DNA of 32,000 nucleotides. It comes from Candidatus Saccharimonadota bacterium. GTDB lineage: Archaea; Micrarchaeota; Micrarchaeia; Micrarchaeales; Micrarchaeaceae. The stretch is taken from positions 1-32,000 of the forward strand of contig NZ_CP019964.1 of NCBI RefSeq assembly GCF_002214165.1, written 5' to 3'. Made by a program: the position numbers and the translations under genes. The notes under the pieces were generated by a model. It did not search any database and was not told the DNA's origin. It worked only from the letters and a program-made list of their open reading frames with translations. Of the stretch, positions 10,022-17,851 are shown one piece after another. The first letter of the stretch is position 1; each line of letters starts with the position of its first letter.

Positions 10022-10396
10022 ATGGAAACAAAAGATAAAAAGGAATTTTATGAGCCAAAATCAAATTTTGTGAAAATGGTAATCAAGGAATCAAGTTTAA
10101 GCAACAACAGCGACCGGAAAAAAGCAGAAGACCTGCTTTTGCTCGAACGTTTTGTAAGCGAAGGCCCCAATAGTTTTCAATCAGCCCTTTATAAGAAGGC
10201 TCTAGAGAACAGCTATTCTAATGAATACAATGAGATACTCAAAGAACTGAAGCCCGAAGAGTACAAAAGGATCCAAGAAGAGAAAGCAATGCAGAGAATT
10301 GAGAACGAAGAATCCAAAAAGGCATACCAAAAAGAGAAATCAGAAAAGGAAAAGAGATATAAGGAATGGTGGCTTAGGCAGGGAGGCAATGAATGA
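10022..10396 (+). CDS. Hypothetical K/E-rich protein (124 aa)
   Basis: ORF with a charged, probably helical C-terminal half (KELKPEEYKRIQEEKAMQRIENEESKKAYQKEKSEKEKRYKEWW). No recognisable family. Confidence 0.45.
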   Translation: METKDKKEFYEPKSNFVKMVIKESSLSNNSDRKKAEDLLLLERFVSEGPNSFQSALYKKALENSYSNEYNEILKELKPEEYKRIQEEKAMQRIENEESKKAYQKEKSEKEKRYKEWWLRQGGNE

Positions 10397-10543
10397 AAGC
10401 TTCTCAAAACAAGTTACATATTTCAGTCCTTGTCCTGCTTTTATACATCTCGCAGGCAGGCGATTTAAACTAATCCGCTGCCTGTAACAAGCTCTGCAAT
10501 TAAGGGATGCGATTTCAGTACACTTATCAAATTTGGCGTAAAA

Positions 10544-10564
10544 CCCACACGCTTCAGCGGTGGG
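10544..10564 (+). repeat. Left-end subterminal hairpin CCCAC-A-CGC-TTCA-GCG-GTGGG
   Basis: Read directly from the sequence: a 5+3 bp stem with a single A bulge and a 4-nt loop. Confidence 0.7.
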
Positions 10565-10609
10565 ATATAAGCTACCACAACATGTATAAATACAGATAAT
10601 AAAATATAC

Positions 10610-11038
10610 ATGTTTTGTATGAAAACTGCATACGAATATCGTGCATATCCTTCAAAGGAACAGAAGAGAACTCTGAATAGACAGATGTATCTTTCAAAGG
10701 AACTCTACAATCTGCTTCTTGAAAAGTTGCAATACAAGGCTGAAAGCGCCGGTTGCGTGGCAATGAAAGTAGATCCTCAATACACATCAATGACATGCAG
10801 CAAATGTGGCAATGTGCAAAGCATGTCAATATCCCAAAGGATATTCGTCTGCGAAAAGTGCGGGATGTCAATGGACAGGGATGTGAATGCGGCACGGAAT
10901 ATACTCAAAAGGGCTTTGGACTACATCATTCCAACTACCGAAGGGCATTCGGGAAGTCAAGCCTGCAGAGACGACATAAGAACTTCCGCGGGGGAGGCAG
11001 TTGCCTATGAAGCAGGAACTATATGGGTGGCATCATGA
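10610..11038 (+). pseudogene. tnpB: Internally deleted TnpB (OrfB) RNA-guided nuclease remnant
   Basis: The N-terminal 36 aa (MKTAYEYRAYPSKEQKRTLNRQMYLSKELYNLLLEK) match a TnpB N-terminus. They join directly to the TnpB C-terminus (YKAESAGCVAMKVDPQYTSMTCSKCG...CEKCGMSMDRDVNAARNI). About 250 aa, including RuvC-I/II, are missing. The likely ATG is at 10619. Confidence 0.7.
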
Positions 11039-11063
11039 CGACAAATCATAACCACCCTGGAAA

Positions 11064-11084
11064 CCCACACTGTTTACAGGTGGG
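11064..11084 (+). repeat. Right-end subterminal hairpin CCCAC-A-CTG-TTTA-CAG-GTGGG
   Basis: Same architecture as the 10544-10564 hairpin. The inner stem changes are compensatory (CGC/GCG becomes CTG/CAG). Confidence 0.7.
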
Positions 11085-11175
11085 AGGATGTCACATAACT
11101 ACCATAAAAATAATAATAGGTCTTGGTTAAAATCAATACTCTTAAACCGTTAGCCAAAGTTAAAAAATTTAAAAA

Positions 11176-11610
11176 ATGGTCTATATGGAATTGCGCCAAT
11201 TAAAATACATACTTATAATTCTATTGATAGTGGGGATAGTTGACGAGATATATGAATCATATATATACTTCAGCCCCAAATCTTTGGTATGCCCAGATAC
11301 GGGGATAATAAACTGTGGAGTGGTATTGTCAAGTTCGTATGCGACAGTAATAGGCATACCACTTGCGATTCTTGGACTTACTTGGGTAATTGTAGCTTTA
11401 GTGATAACATTATACACTAAGCTTCAGCGTACTTTTGTGCCATACCTATGGATAGCGTTCGGTGCGTTAGGTGTCGCATACTCTATCATAGCACAGTCAT
11501 TGATTGGAAAAATATGCATATATTGCACGTTGCTAGATACAATCATAATATTGAGCGTAGCAATACTATATTACATTTTGAGAAACCAGAGTGCAACAAG
11601 TGGTAAATGA
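11176..11610 (+). CDS. Vitamin K epoxide reductase (VKOR) family membrane protein
   Basis: 144 aa with 4 TM segments. A loop cysteine pair CPDTGIINC is followed by SSSYATVIGIPLAILG. A CIYC (CxxC) motif sits at the start of the last helix. This is the VKOR signature arrangement. Confidence 0.6.
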   Translation: MVYMELRQLKYILIILLIVGIVDEIYESYIYFSPKSLVCPDTGIINCGVVLSSSYATVIGIPLAILGLTWVIVALVITLYTKLQRTFVPYLWIAFGALGVAYSIIAQSLIGKICIYCTLLDTIIILSVAILYYILRNQSATSGK

Positions 11611-12743
11611 TGAATATAAGAGATTCTGTTTTTAAGGATATTGAGATATCGGAGTTGGAAGAGAAAATAATAGATGATCCTAATTTCCAGAGGCTCAGAT
11701 ACGTCAAGCAAGGAGGATTTAGTTCACTCGTGTTTCCCAGCGCAAGCGGAAGCAGGTTTGAGCACTCTATAGGGACTATGAAGATAACAAAAGATATATC
11801 AAAGAGTGTATTCGGGGAAGAGGATGAAGAGCTATCCTTATGCGGAATGCTGCACGACATAGGCCATGCGCCATTTTCTCACCAATCCGAACCCATTGCA
11901 AAGAAATACCTTGGCAAAAGCCATGAAGATCTCGGATATGAAATAATAAAGAAAAGCAGCATATCAGACATAATATCGGATTCGACAGTTTCCCTTAATA
12001 AGGTGCTGGAGTATTTCTCAGGCAAAGGTAAAGGCAAGCTGGTTACAGGCCCACTAGGTTCTGACAGGATAGACTACCTGCTGCATGATTCATATAATAC
12101 CGGGGTTGCATTGGGTATAATCGATTACAGCAGGCTTGAGCACAACATGGCTTACGTTGATGGAAAACCGGCAATCTACAGGAATGGCATAGTAAATGCC
12201 GAATCATTTTTCATAACAAGATACTTCATGTACGAATCCGTATACATGCATCATACAATTTCAATAGTTGAATCAATGTTCCTAAAAGCGGCCGATTCCG
12301 CCGTGGAAGATGGGTACATCAAAGCAGAAGAATTTGTAAAGATGAGGGATTTTGAAGCACTATATAAATTAAGCCAGTACAAAGGATCTGATTTGATAGA
12401 CAGGATTTTAAGGAGGGATGTTTTCAAAAGGGCATTTTATGAAGATATAGGCCAGGCAAAGTTTGATGAAAGCCAATTATCCAAATTAAACGAGTACCTT
12501 GAATCAAACGGGATTCCATACAATAGCTATATATCCAAGCTTATAAGCTTCAGCGGTGCCGATGATGACATAATAATAGTCGGTAAGGGGAATGAAAAGA
12601 TAGGAAAGTTAAGCGAATATTCCTATATATTCAATACCCTAAGCAAGCTATTAAGAGAAAGGAAAATCCTTCTTGTGGCAAGCGATAAAAACTATAAAGA
12701 GAAGATAGCAAAGTTGGTAAAAGAGTTCATAAATTCAGAATAA
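11607..12743 (+). CDS. HD-domain phosphohydrolase (COG1078, dNTPase/SAMHD1-like family)
   Basis: 378 aa. Motifs RFEHSIGT, LLHDIGHAPFSH and DRIDYLLHDSYNTGV are present. The start ATG overlaps the VKOR stop (ATGA at 11607-11610). Confidence 0.8.
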   Translation: MMNIRDSVFKDIEISELEEKIIDDPNFQRLRYVKQGGFSSLVFPSASGSRFEHSIGTMKITKDISKSVFGEEDEELSLCGMLHDIGHAPFSHQSEPIAKKYLGKSHEDLGYEIIKKSSISDIISDSTVSLNKVLEYFSGKGKGKLVTGPLGSDRIDYLLHDSYNTGVALGIIDYSRLEHNMAYVDGKPAIYRNGIVNAESFFITRYFMYESVYMHHTISIVESMFLKAADSAVEDGYIKAEEFVKMRDFEALYKLSQYKGSDLIDRILRRDVFKRAFYEDIGQAKFDESQLSKLNEYLESNGIPYNSYISKLISFSGADDDIIIVGKGNEKIGKLSEYSYIFNTLSKLLRERKILLVASDKNYKEKIAKLVKEFINSE

Positions 12744-12859
12744 GCAATCGCTTATCAATCAAAGTGCTCAAAAAACCATCTAAATTTACTATTTAGTTTT
12801 TATAAGTTTGTGCATAAATAGTTAATATATTGCCCTATCCTACTTTAACGAGTTTTATT

Positions 12860-12947
12860 GGGCTCATAGCTCAGCTTGGTAGAGCGGCTGACTCTTAATC
12901 AGTAGGTCGGGGGTCCAAAATAACCTATGGAAATCCCCCTGAGCCCG
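12860..12947 (+). tRNA. tRNA-Lys (anticodon CUU) with 14-nt intron in the T-loop
   Basis: Hand fold:
- acceptor GGGCTCA/TGAGCCC
- D arm GCTC-AGCTTGGTA-GAGC
- anticodon arm GCTGA-CTCTTAA-TCAGT
- variable loop AGGTC
- T stem GGGGG/CCCCC enclosing 21 nt instead of 7
- discriminator G; CCA not encoded. Confidence 0.8.
12920..12933 (+). other. Predicted tRNA-Lys intron (position 59/60)
   Basis: The 4-bp helix TCCA/TGGA is flanked by 3-nt bulges AAA and AAT and stacks on the T stem. Cleavage after the second bulge nucleotide removes 14 nt. The exact junction is ambiguous within the A run. Confidence 0.55.
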
Positions 12948-13161
12948 TTTTCATTATTCAAGGATACTGTAGCAGGGCAATATACAGGAAACAATTAATT
13001 GATTACTATTCAAAATTGAATAAGCAATAGCAACTATTATATAATACAAAAGATACATGAATAAATAGCAATAGATATTTAAAATTTGATTATCAATAAA
13101 ATACTTAGATTTAGTTGGGTTTTTCTGTTTATTGGAAAGATTAAATGCAAGAAGTGAATAA

Positions 13162-13728
13162 ATGGATATAGATATCTCTCAAAATAATAATAAAGTATTC
13201 GAGTTTACTCTGGCTGGTGTTTCAAATGCCTTTGCAAATGCCATCAGAAGGGTAGCGATGAATGGCGTTAAATCATTTGCAATAGACAAAGTCACATTCT
13301 ACGAAAATTCAAGCGCAATGTTTGATGAATATATCGCCCACAGAATAGGATTGGTACCTATAACCACTCCAAGCGGCTATAAGGATACAGACGAAGTGAT
13401 GTTCACATTAGAAGCTGAAGGGCCCCTAACCGTTTACTCAAATGACCTTAAGACAACAGAACCCGACGTTAAAGTTGCTATAGAGAATATACCAATTATG
13501 AAATTGGCGGAGAAGCAAAGGCTGAGGATTGATGGAAAAGCGGTACTAGGTTCTGCCGTAAAACATGCAAAGTTCCAGCCAGGCCTAGTAACGTATGAGC
13601 AGATGAATGACAATTCATTTAAATTTTATATCGAATCTTTCGGACAGATGCTACCAAAAGATATAATAATAAGAGCATTAGACATATTAGAAGATGAGAT
13701 AAAAAGCATTTCCAAGATCTCTAAATGA
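13162..13728 (+). CDS. rpoD: DNA-directed RNA polymerase subunit D (Rpo3)
   Basis: 188 aa. FEFTLAGVSNAFANAIRRVAMNGVKSFAIDKV...EYIAHRIGLVPI matches the RpoD/Rpb3 N-terminal dimerisation domain. It sits in the conserved position upstream of rpl18e-rpl13-rps9-rpoN. No cysteine cluster is present. Confidence 0.85.
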   Translation: MDIDISQNNNKVFEFTLAGVSNAFANAIRRVAMNGVKSFAIDKVTFYENSSAMFDEYIAHRIGLVPITTPSGYKDTDEVMFTLEAEGPLTVYSNDLKTTEPDVKVAIENIPIMKLAEKQRLRIDGKAVLGSAVKHAKFQPGLVTYEQMNDNSFKFYIESFGQMLPKDIIIRALDILEDEIKSISKISK

Positions 13729-13732
13729 ACTC

Positions 13733-13830
13733 GCAGGGGTGGCAGAGCTTGGTCAAATGCGCAGGACTAAGGATCAATTTTAGAAATCCTGTGTCTTAGG
13801 ACTACGTGAGTTCAAATCTCACCCCCTGCA
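13733..13830 (+). tRNA. tRNA-Leu (class II, long variable arm) with 13-nt intron at canonical 37/38; anticodon hand-read as AAG
   Basis: Hand fold:
- acceptor GCAGGGG/CCCCTGC, discriminator A73
- D stem GCA/TGC
- anticodon stem CAGGA/TCCTG, loop CTAAGG|intron|A
- variable arm TGTCTTAGGACTAC
- T arm GTGAG-TTCAAAT-CTCAC. Confidence 0.8.
13773..13785 (+). other. Predicted tRNA-Leu intron (37/38)
   Basis: The central helix CTAA (13767-13770) / TTAG (13780-13783) is flanked by 3-nt bulges GGA and AAA and stacks on the anticodon stem. Confidence 0.65.
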
Positions 13831-13847
13831 TTTATTAAGGTGAAAGA

Positions 13848-14189
13848 ATGAAAATTAATGTTGAAAGAGACGACATAAAAGAATGGTTAACAAGCACAAA
13901 AGGCGAAAAAGACCATAAGGAGCTTTGGGAGAAGATAAACAAGATGGTTAGTGTAACTAAAAGGAAAAGAGTAACCGTGAATCTATACAAGCTTAATAGA
14001 TACACCAAGGAAGGCGACAACATAATCGTGCCTGGAAAAGTATTGTCTTTTGGAAAAATAGACCACAAGGTAAACATAACCGCAATTGACTTTTCTGACA
14101 AGGCTAAGGAACAGCTACAGAAAGCAGGGTCAAAAATTTATGATCTTAACGAATTTAAAAAATTTAAAAATATAATCATTATAAGATAA
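13848..14189 (+). CDS. rpl18e: 50S ribosomal protein L18e (eL18)
   Basis: 113 aa. KLNRYTKEGDNIIVPGKVLSFGKIDHKVNITAIDFSDKAKEQLQKAG is the L18e pattern. An AAGGTGA Shine-Dalgarno-like site precedes the ATG. Conserved cluster position. Confidence 0.9.
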   Translation: MKINVERDDIKEWLTSTKGEKDHKELWEKINKMVSVTKRKRVTVNLYKLNRYTKEGDNIIVPGKVLSFGKIDHKVNITAIDFSDKAKEQLQKAGSKIYDLNEFKKFKNIIIIR

Positions 14190-14202
14190 AAAGGTAATCA
14201 AG

Positions 14203-14640
14203 ATGGAGGGTTATAAAGTTATAGATGCCACTGGTCTTATACTAGGGCGCATGGCAGGAACTGTAGCTAAGCAGCTTCTAAAAGGCGACAATGTAATAGT
14301 AGTAAATGCCGAAAAGGCAATTATAAGCGGGCACAAGAACGATATAGTAGAAAAATACCGTACAAGATTAAATCTTCAAGAGAAAGGCAATCCAGAGCAC
14401 TCTCCTTATTGGTCTAGAAGATCCGATCTTCTAGTAAAGAGGGTTGTAAGAGGTATGCTTCCTTATAGCAGGGCAACAGGAAGGAAGGTTTACAAGAATC
14501 TTAAAGTTTACATGGGCCTGCCGGAAGAGTTCAAGGGGAATGAGATAGAGAAGATAGCAATGAAAGATCCAAAAAGCCTGTATTCAGGTTATATAACTAT
14601 AAAAGAGCTATCAGAGCTATTGGGTTATAATAAAGGTTGA
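14203..14640 (+). CDS. rpl13: 50S ribosomal protein uL13
   Basis: 145 aa. VIDATGLILGRMAGTVAKQLLKGDNVIVVNAEKAIISG is the uL13 signature. Confidence 0.93.
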   Translation: MEGYKVIDATGLILGRMAGTVAKQLLKGDNVIVVNAEKAIISGHKNDIVEKYRTRLNLQEKGNPEHSPYWSRRSDLLVKRVVRGMLPYSRATGRKVYKNLKVYMGLPEEFKGNEIEKIAMKDPKSLYSGYITIKELSELLGYNKG

Positions 14641-15119
14641 TAATCATGCCAGAAGCAGTTAAAAAAACGTCAAAGCGCAAATCCTCAAGCGCAAAGAGTT
14701 CAAAGAAAGAGGTAAAAGTAGCCATATCAAAGAGCAAAAGGAAAAGAAGCATAGCAAGGGCATCGGTTAAGAATGGCCCAGGAACAATAAGGATTAACGG
14801 AAGGCTGATAGACACGATAGAGCCAACTTTTATAAAAGATGAAGTTCTGACTCCTATAAATTTCTCAGATATGACAAAGGACATTTGCAATAAGCTTTCT
14901 ATAAGCGTGAATGTGCATGGGGGAGGTGTGAGTTCTCAGGCCCAGGCGTGCGCCAGTGCAATAGCAAAGGCGATAGTTGAATATTCTGGAAGTGCCGAAA
15001 TAAAGAGAGAATACTTAAATTACAACAGGAATTTATTGATAGACGATCCAAGAAGGGTAGAGCCTAAGAAGTTCTTGGGTCCAAAAGCCAGAGCAAGATT
15101 CCAGACATCCTATAGATGA
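14637..15119 (+). CDS. rps9: 30S ribosomal protein uS9 with K/S-rich N-terminal extension
   Basis: SKRKRSIARASVKNGPGTIRINGR and the C-terminal ARFQTSYR are uS9 hallmarks. The likely ATG is at 14646. About 20-27 basic residues precede the conserved core. Confidence 0.92.
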   Translation: MIIMPEAVKKTSKRKSSSAKSSKKEVKVAISKSKRKRSIARASVKNGPGTIRINGRLIDTIEPTFIKDEVLTPINFSDMTKDICNKLSISVNVHGGGVSSQAQACASAIAKAIVEYSGSAEIKREYLNYNRNLLIDDPRRVEPKKFLGPKARARFQTSYR

Positions 15120-15166
15120 TTGCCGCTGCAGCTTTATGCTGTGGTGTTCTGGATTTCAAAAGATAA

Positions 15167-15376
15167 GTGATTACAATGTTGATGCCAATAAGATGCTTTA
15201 CATGTGGGGCAGTAGTAGCCGACAAATGGGAAGAATATGACAAAAGGGTTAATAAGGAAAACGAAAACCCCGGAAAAGTGCTTGATGAGCTTGGGGTAAA
15301 AAGGTACTGCTGCAGGCGTATGTTCTTAAGCAACAACGACCTCCTTGAAGAGTTCATGGAATCAAGCAGAAAATAG
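15167..15376 (+). CDS. rpoN: DNA-directed RNA polymerase subunit N (Rpo10)
   Basis: [19 protein letters not shown]...[15 protein letters not shown] is the RpoN/Rpb10 zinc motif. The likely ATG is at 15176 or 15182. Confidence 0.92.
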   Translation: MITMLMPIRCFTCGAVVADKWEEYDKRVNKENENPGKVLDELGVKRYCCRRMFLSNNDLLEEFMESSRK

Positions 15377-15394
15377 ATTTAAAATGGTGAATAG

Positions 15395-16048
15395 ATGTCT
15401 GAAGAAGAATTTAGTATTGCAAGTCAAAATGATTATTTAGAATCAGGAATCCACATAGCAACAAAAGTCAAGACTCCTGGAACAAAGAAATTCATATATA
15501 AGGTAAGAGAAGACGGCCTTTACCTGTTTGACCTTAAAACTATTGATGAGAGGATAAAGGTAGCGGCATCAATGCTGTCTAAATACGATCCAAAGAAAAT
15601 AGTGGTAACCGCATCAAGGATATATGCGGTTGCAGCTGCCCAGAAGTTTTCCGAAATCATAAATGCGAACTTCATAAAGGGCAGAGTAACCCCAGGAATA
15701 TTCACTAACCCTTACAGGGATAACTTCATGGAGCCTGCAGTGCTTTTTGCAAGCGACACAAGGAACGAAAAACAGGCAGTGAGGGAGGCAAGCGAAATAG
15801 GCGTGCCTATAATAGCACTCTGCGATACAGATAATATGACAAGGGACGTGGACCTTGTAATACCATGCAATAACAGAGGGAGAAAATCACTCGCATTTGT
15901 CTACATGCTTCTTGCACGCGAATTCCTGAAGAACAAGGGGATCATAAAGACAAACGAGGAATTCAAGTACACAATAAACGACTTCGAGCTGAAAGTCGAA
16001 GCCAACCCCGCTGACAGCGAAATAAACATCAGTTCGGAAAACATCTAA
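15395..16048 (+). CDS. rps2: 30S ribosomal protein uS2
   Basis: 217 aa. LESGIHIATKVKTPGTKKFIYKVREDGLYLFDLKTIDERIKVAA and the later IPIIALCDTDN are typical of archaeal uS2. Confidence 0.92.
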   Translation: MSEEEFSIASQNDYLESGIHIATKVKTPGTKKFIYKVREDGLYLFDLKTIDERIKVAASMLSKYDPKKIVVTASRIYAVAAAQKFSEIINANFIKGRVTPGIFTNPYRDNFMEPAVLFASDTRNEKQAVREASEIGVPIIALCDTDNMTRDVDLVIPCNNRGRKSLAFVYMLLAREFLKNKGIIKTNEEFKYTINDFELKVEANPADSEINISSENI

Positions 16049-16054
16049 TCCTAT

Positions 16055-16501
16055 TTATTCTTCTTCTTTATTATCTCCTATATCTTTTTCATTCTGGCCA
16101 GTCCTTCCCCCTCTTTTATCCTGCTTCTCCATTTTCGCTGTAGCGAATTGCTGGAGCAGATCCTCTTCAGAGTTGTCTGACATCCATGCCTTTATGTAAA
16201 GTGCTATATTCCTAAATGGTTGGGTGTATCTGTCAGTCAGCTCATAATACGAGCTCTCGTGCTTTACCAATCCAAGCCTTACTGCATACTCCAAGTAACG
16301 CTTGGCGGTTGCTATTGGAACTTCCTTTGGCATATCCTTCAATCTTACTTTGCCTCCCTTCTTTATCGCAAGCAGCAGCAATGAAAATCTATATGCCTCT
16401 GTCTCATTGTCAAAGAACAATCTAGATATATCACCTATGTGGGGAGATTTTATCTTCTCCTTGAATGGCGCATCTTCAAACTCCCAATATTTTATAGACA
16501 T
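16055..16501 (-). CDS. Hypothetical protein, probable winged-helix DNA-binding fold with acidic tail
   Basis: 148 aa. IATAKRYLEYAVRLGLVKHESSYYELTDRY resembles a wHTH recognition helix plus wing. The C-terminus is charged and low-complexity. Function unknown. Confidence 0.45.
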   Translation of the reverse strand: MSIKYWEFEDAPFKEKIKSPHIGDISRLFFDNETEAYRFSLLLLAIKKGGKVRLKDMPKEVPIATAKRYLEYAVRLGLVKHESSYYELTDRYTQPFRNIALYIKAWMSDNSEEDLLQQFATAKMEKQDKRGGRTGQNEKDIGDNKEEE

Positions 16502-16516
16502 AAAATCACCACAAAA

Positions 16517-17635
16517 CTATTTCTCTTTTACGAATGTCACTATATCACCATCCTCAAGCCTGTGCTTTATGCTCACCCTTTGGTTAGGGTATTTAACGCT
16601 TGGGCCGGTTATATAAGCGTACTTTATTTCATCGGCAAATTCGCTGTGGAGCATCTTTGCCACATCGTAAGCCGTAGATCCTTTATCGAGTGTGATAGGG
16701 GACTTTTCATCAGACATCCTAGGTTTTATATAAATCCTTATCAAATCCAAGGCGCTGTAAAGCTCCCATTTCAAATTGTCCATGCCAATCCTATTCAATG
16801 CGCTGACGGTAACGACCTTCATCGGGTATTGGGATTTTATCTCTTTGGCAACCTTCTCATAGTCCTTGACAAGATCAATCTTGTTCAGCACCACAATCGC
16901 TTTTAGGTAAGTGGAGCTATGGGACACATAGCCTATAAGTTCATCTTCGCTCAACTCGGAGTAAATCCTTACATCAGCATTGTATATCCCAAATCCATTA
17001 AATATCTCTTTTATATGGTCCAACCTCAACGAAGATTTGTTTATAATGGATAGCCCATTGCTCTTGTTCTCTATGATTATGATTTCCGGCTTTTCCTTTA
17101 TGTATATGTGCAGCGCATTGAGCTCATTTATGAGGTATTTCAATTGGCTGGGCTGCTGTGCATCTACCACAAATGCAACAAGGTCCGCAACATGCATCTG
17201 TGCGATTACACTAAGCCCGTTTCCCGCTCCCAAGTGCGCATCGTTTATTATTCCAGGCATGTCGAGTATCTGCAGGTGCGCATCCCTATAATTCAATGTT
17301 CCCGGGACGATGCCTATAGTCGTGAAGGCATACTCGGCGGTTTTGGAATTGGACTTCGTAAGGTCATTGAGCAACGAGGATTTTCCAGTGCTTGGGAACC
17401 CCATCAAAACTATCGTCGCGTCTCCTGTCTTCTTTACGAAAAAGCCTTTTTCGTGCCTCCTCCTGCTTGCTATGACTATATCCTTCTTTATCGAAGCTAT
17501 CTTTGCCCTCAGCTTTCCTACATACTTGTTAGTGGCCTTATTGTCCTTTACCTTGGCGTATTCGTCCTTCAGCTCCTCAAGCTTCTCCTCAAGCTTATCC
17601 TTCGTCTCCATGCATATCTTTATCCTGTTTTTCAA
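16517..17635 (-). CDS. DRG/Obg-family GTP-binding protein with C-terminal TGS domain
   Basis: 372 aa. G1 GFPSTGKSS, G2 region EYAFTT, G3 DMPGI and G4 NKIDL are present. The C-terminus ..HRLEDGDIVTF is TGS-like. Confidence 0.88.
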   Translation of the reverse strand: MKNRIKICMETKDKLEEKLEELKDEYAKVKDNKATNKYVGKLRAKIASIKKDIVIASRRRHEKGFFVKKTGDATIVLMGFPSTGKSSLLNDLTKSNSKTAEYAFTTIGIVPGTLNYRDAHLQILDMPGIINDAHLGAGNGLSVIAQMHVADLVAFVVDAQQPSQLKYLINELNALHIYIKEKPEIIIIENKSNGLSIINKSSLRLDHIKEIFNGFGIYNADVRIYSELSEDELIGYVSHSSTYLKAIVVLNKIDLVKDYEKVAKEIKSQYPMKVVTVSALNRIGMDNLKWELYSALDLIRIYIKPRMSDEKSPITLDKGSTAYDVAKMLHSEFADEIKYAYITGPSVKYPNQRVSIKHRLEDGDIVTFVKEK

Positions 17636-17851
17636 GCATTATTCAAAATCATTAATTATTAGACGCAAAAATTTATAAGCAAAGACAGCAAATTCATGAT
17701 GCACTATTTTCGGAGCATCACGATATCAAAATTGAATTTTCAACAGATAAAAATGTTTATTTATCTACAATTATATACATTATGATATCAACTAAAATTT
17801 ATTAAATTTAAATAGTTTACCTATAAATTCCAAACTGAAAAGTGAATTAAA

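Larger units (their letters stand above)
10541..11107 (+). mobile_element. Decayed tnpB-only IS200/IS605-family (IS1341-like) element remnant, about 570 bp
   Basis: A truncated tnpB ORF is bracketed by two related subterminal hairpins (10544-10564 and 11064-11084). Each hairpin is preceded by AAA and followed by a TAA(G)CTACCA(C/T)AA motif. No tnpA is present. Confidence 0.6.

Noticed and set aside
10453-10484. Imperfect hairpin CAGGCAG-GCG...CCG-CTGCCTG after the 124-aa ORF, considered as a terminator or CRISPR-like repeat
   Set aside because: It occurs once only, no T-run follows, and there is no repeat-spacer periodicity anywhere in the window. It is kept only as a note under the IS-remnant finding.
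10572-10895. 107-aa Cys/His-rich minus-strand ORF
   Set aside because: It lies antisense to the tnpB remnant, whose plus-strand translation has clear TnpB motifs. The Cys/His richness mirrors the zinc-finger codons.
13162-13728. Possibility that the short (188 aa), cysteine-free rpoD is truncated or a pseudogene
   Set aside because: The N- and C-terminal conserved segments are both present, and short RpoD forms lacking the Fe-S domain exist in other archaea. The ORF is intact and sits in its conserved operon position.
16439-17678. Several plus-strand ORFs (155, 103, 184 and 122 aa) across the DRG GTPase locus
   Set aside because: All are antisense to a 372-aa ORF with complete G1-G4 and TGS motifs. 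None has a recognisable motif.
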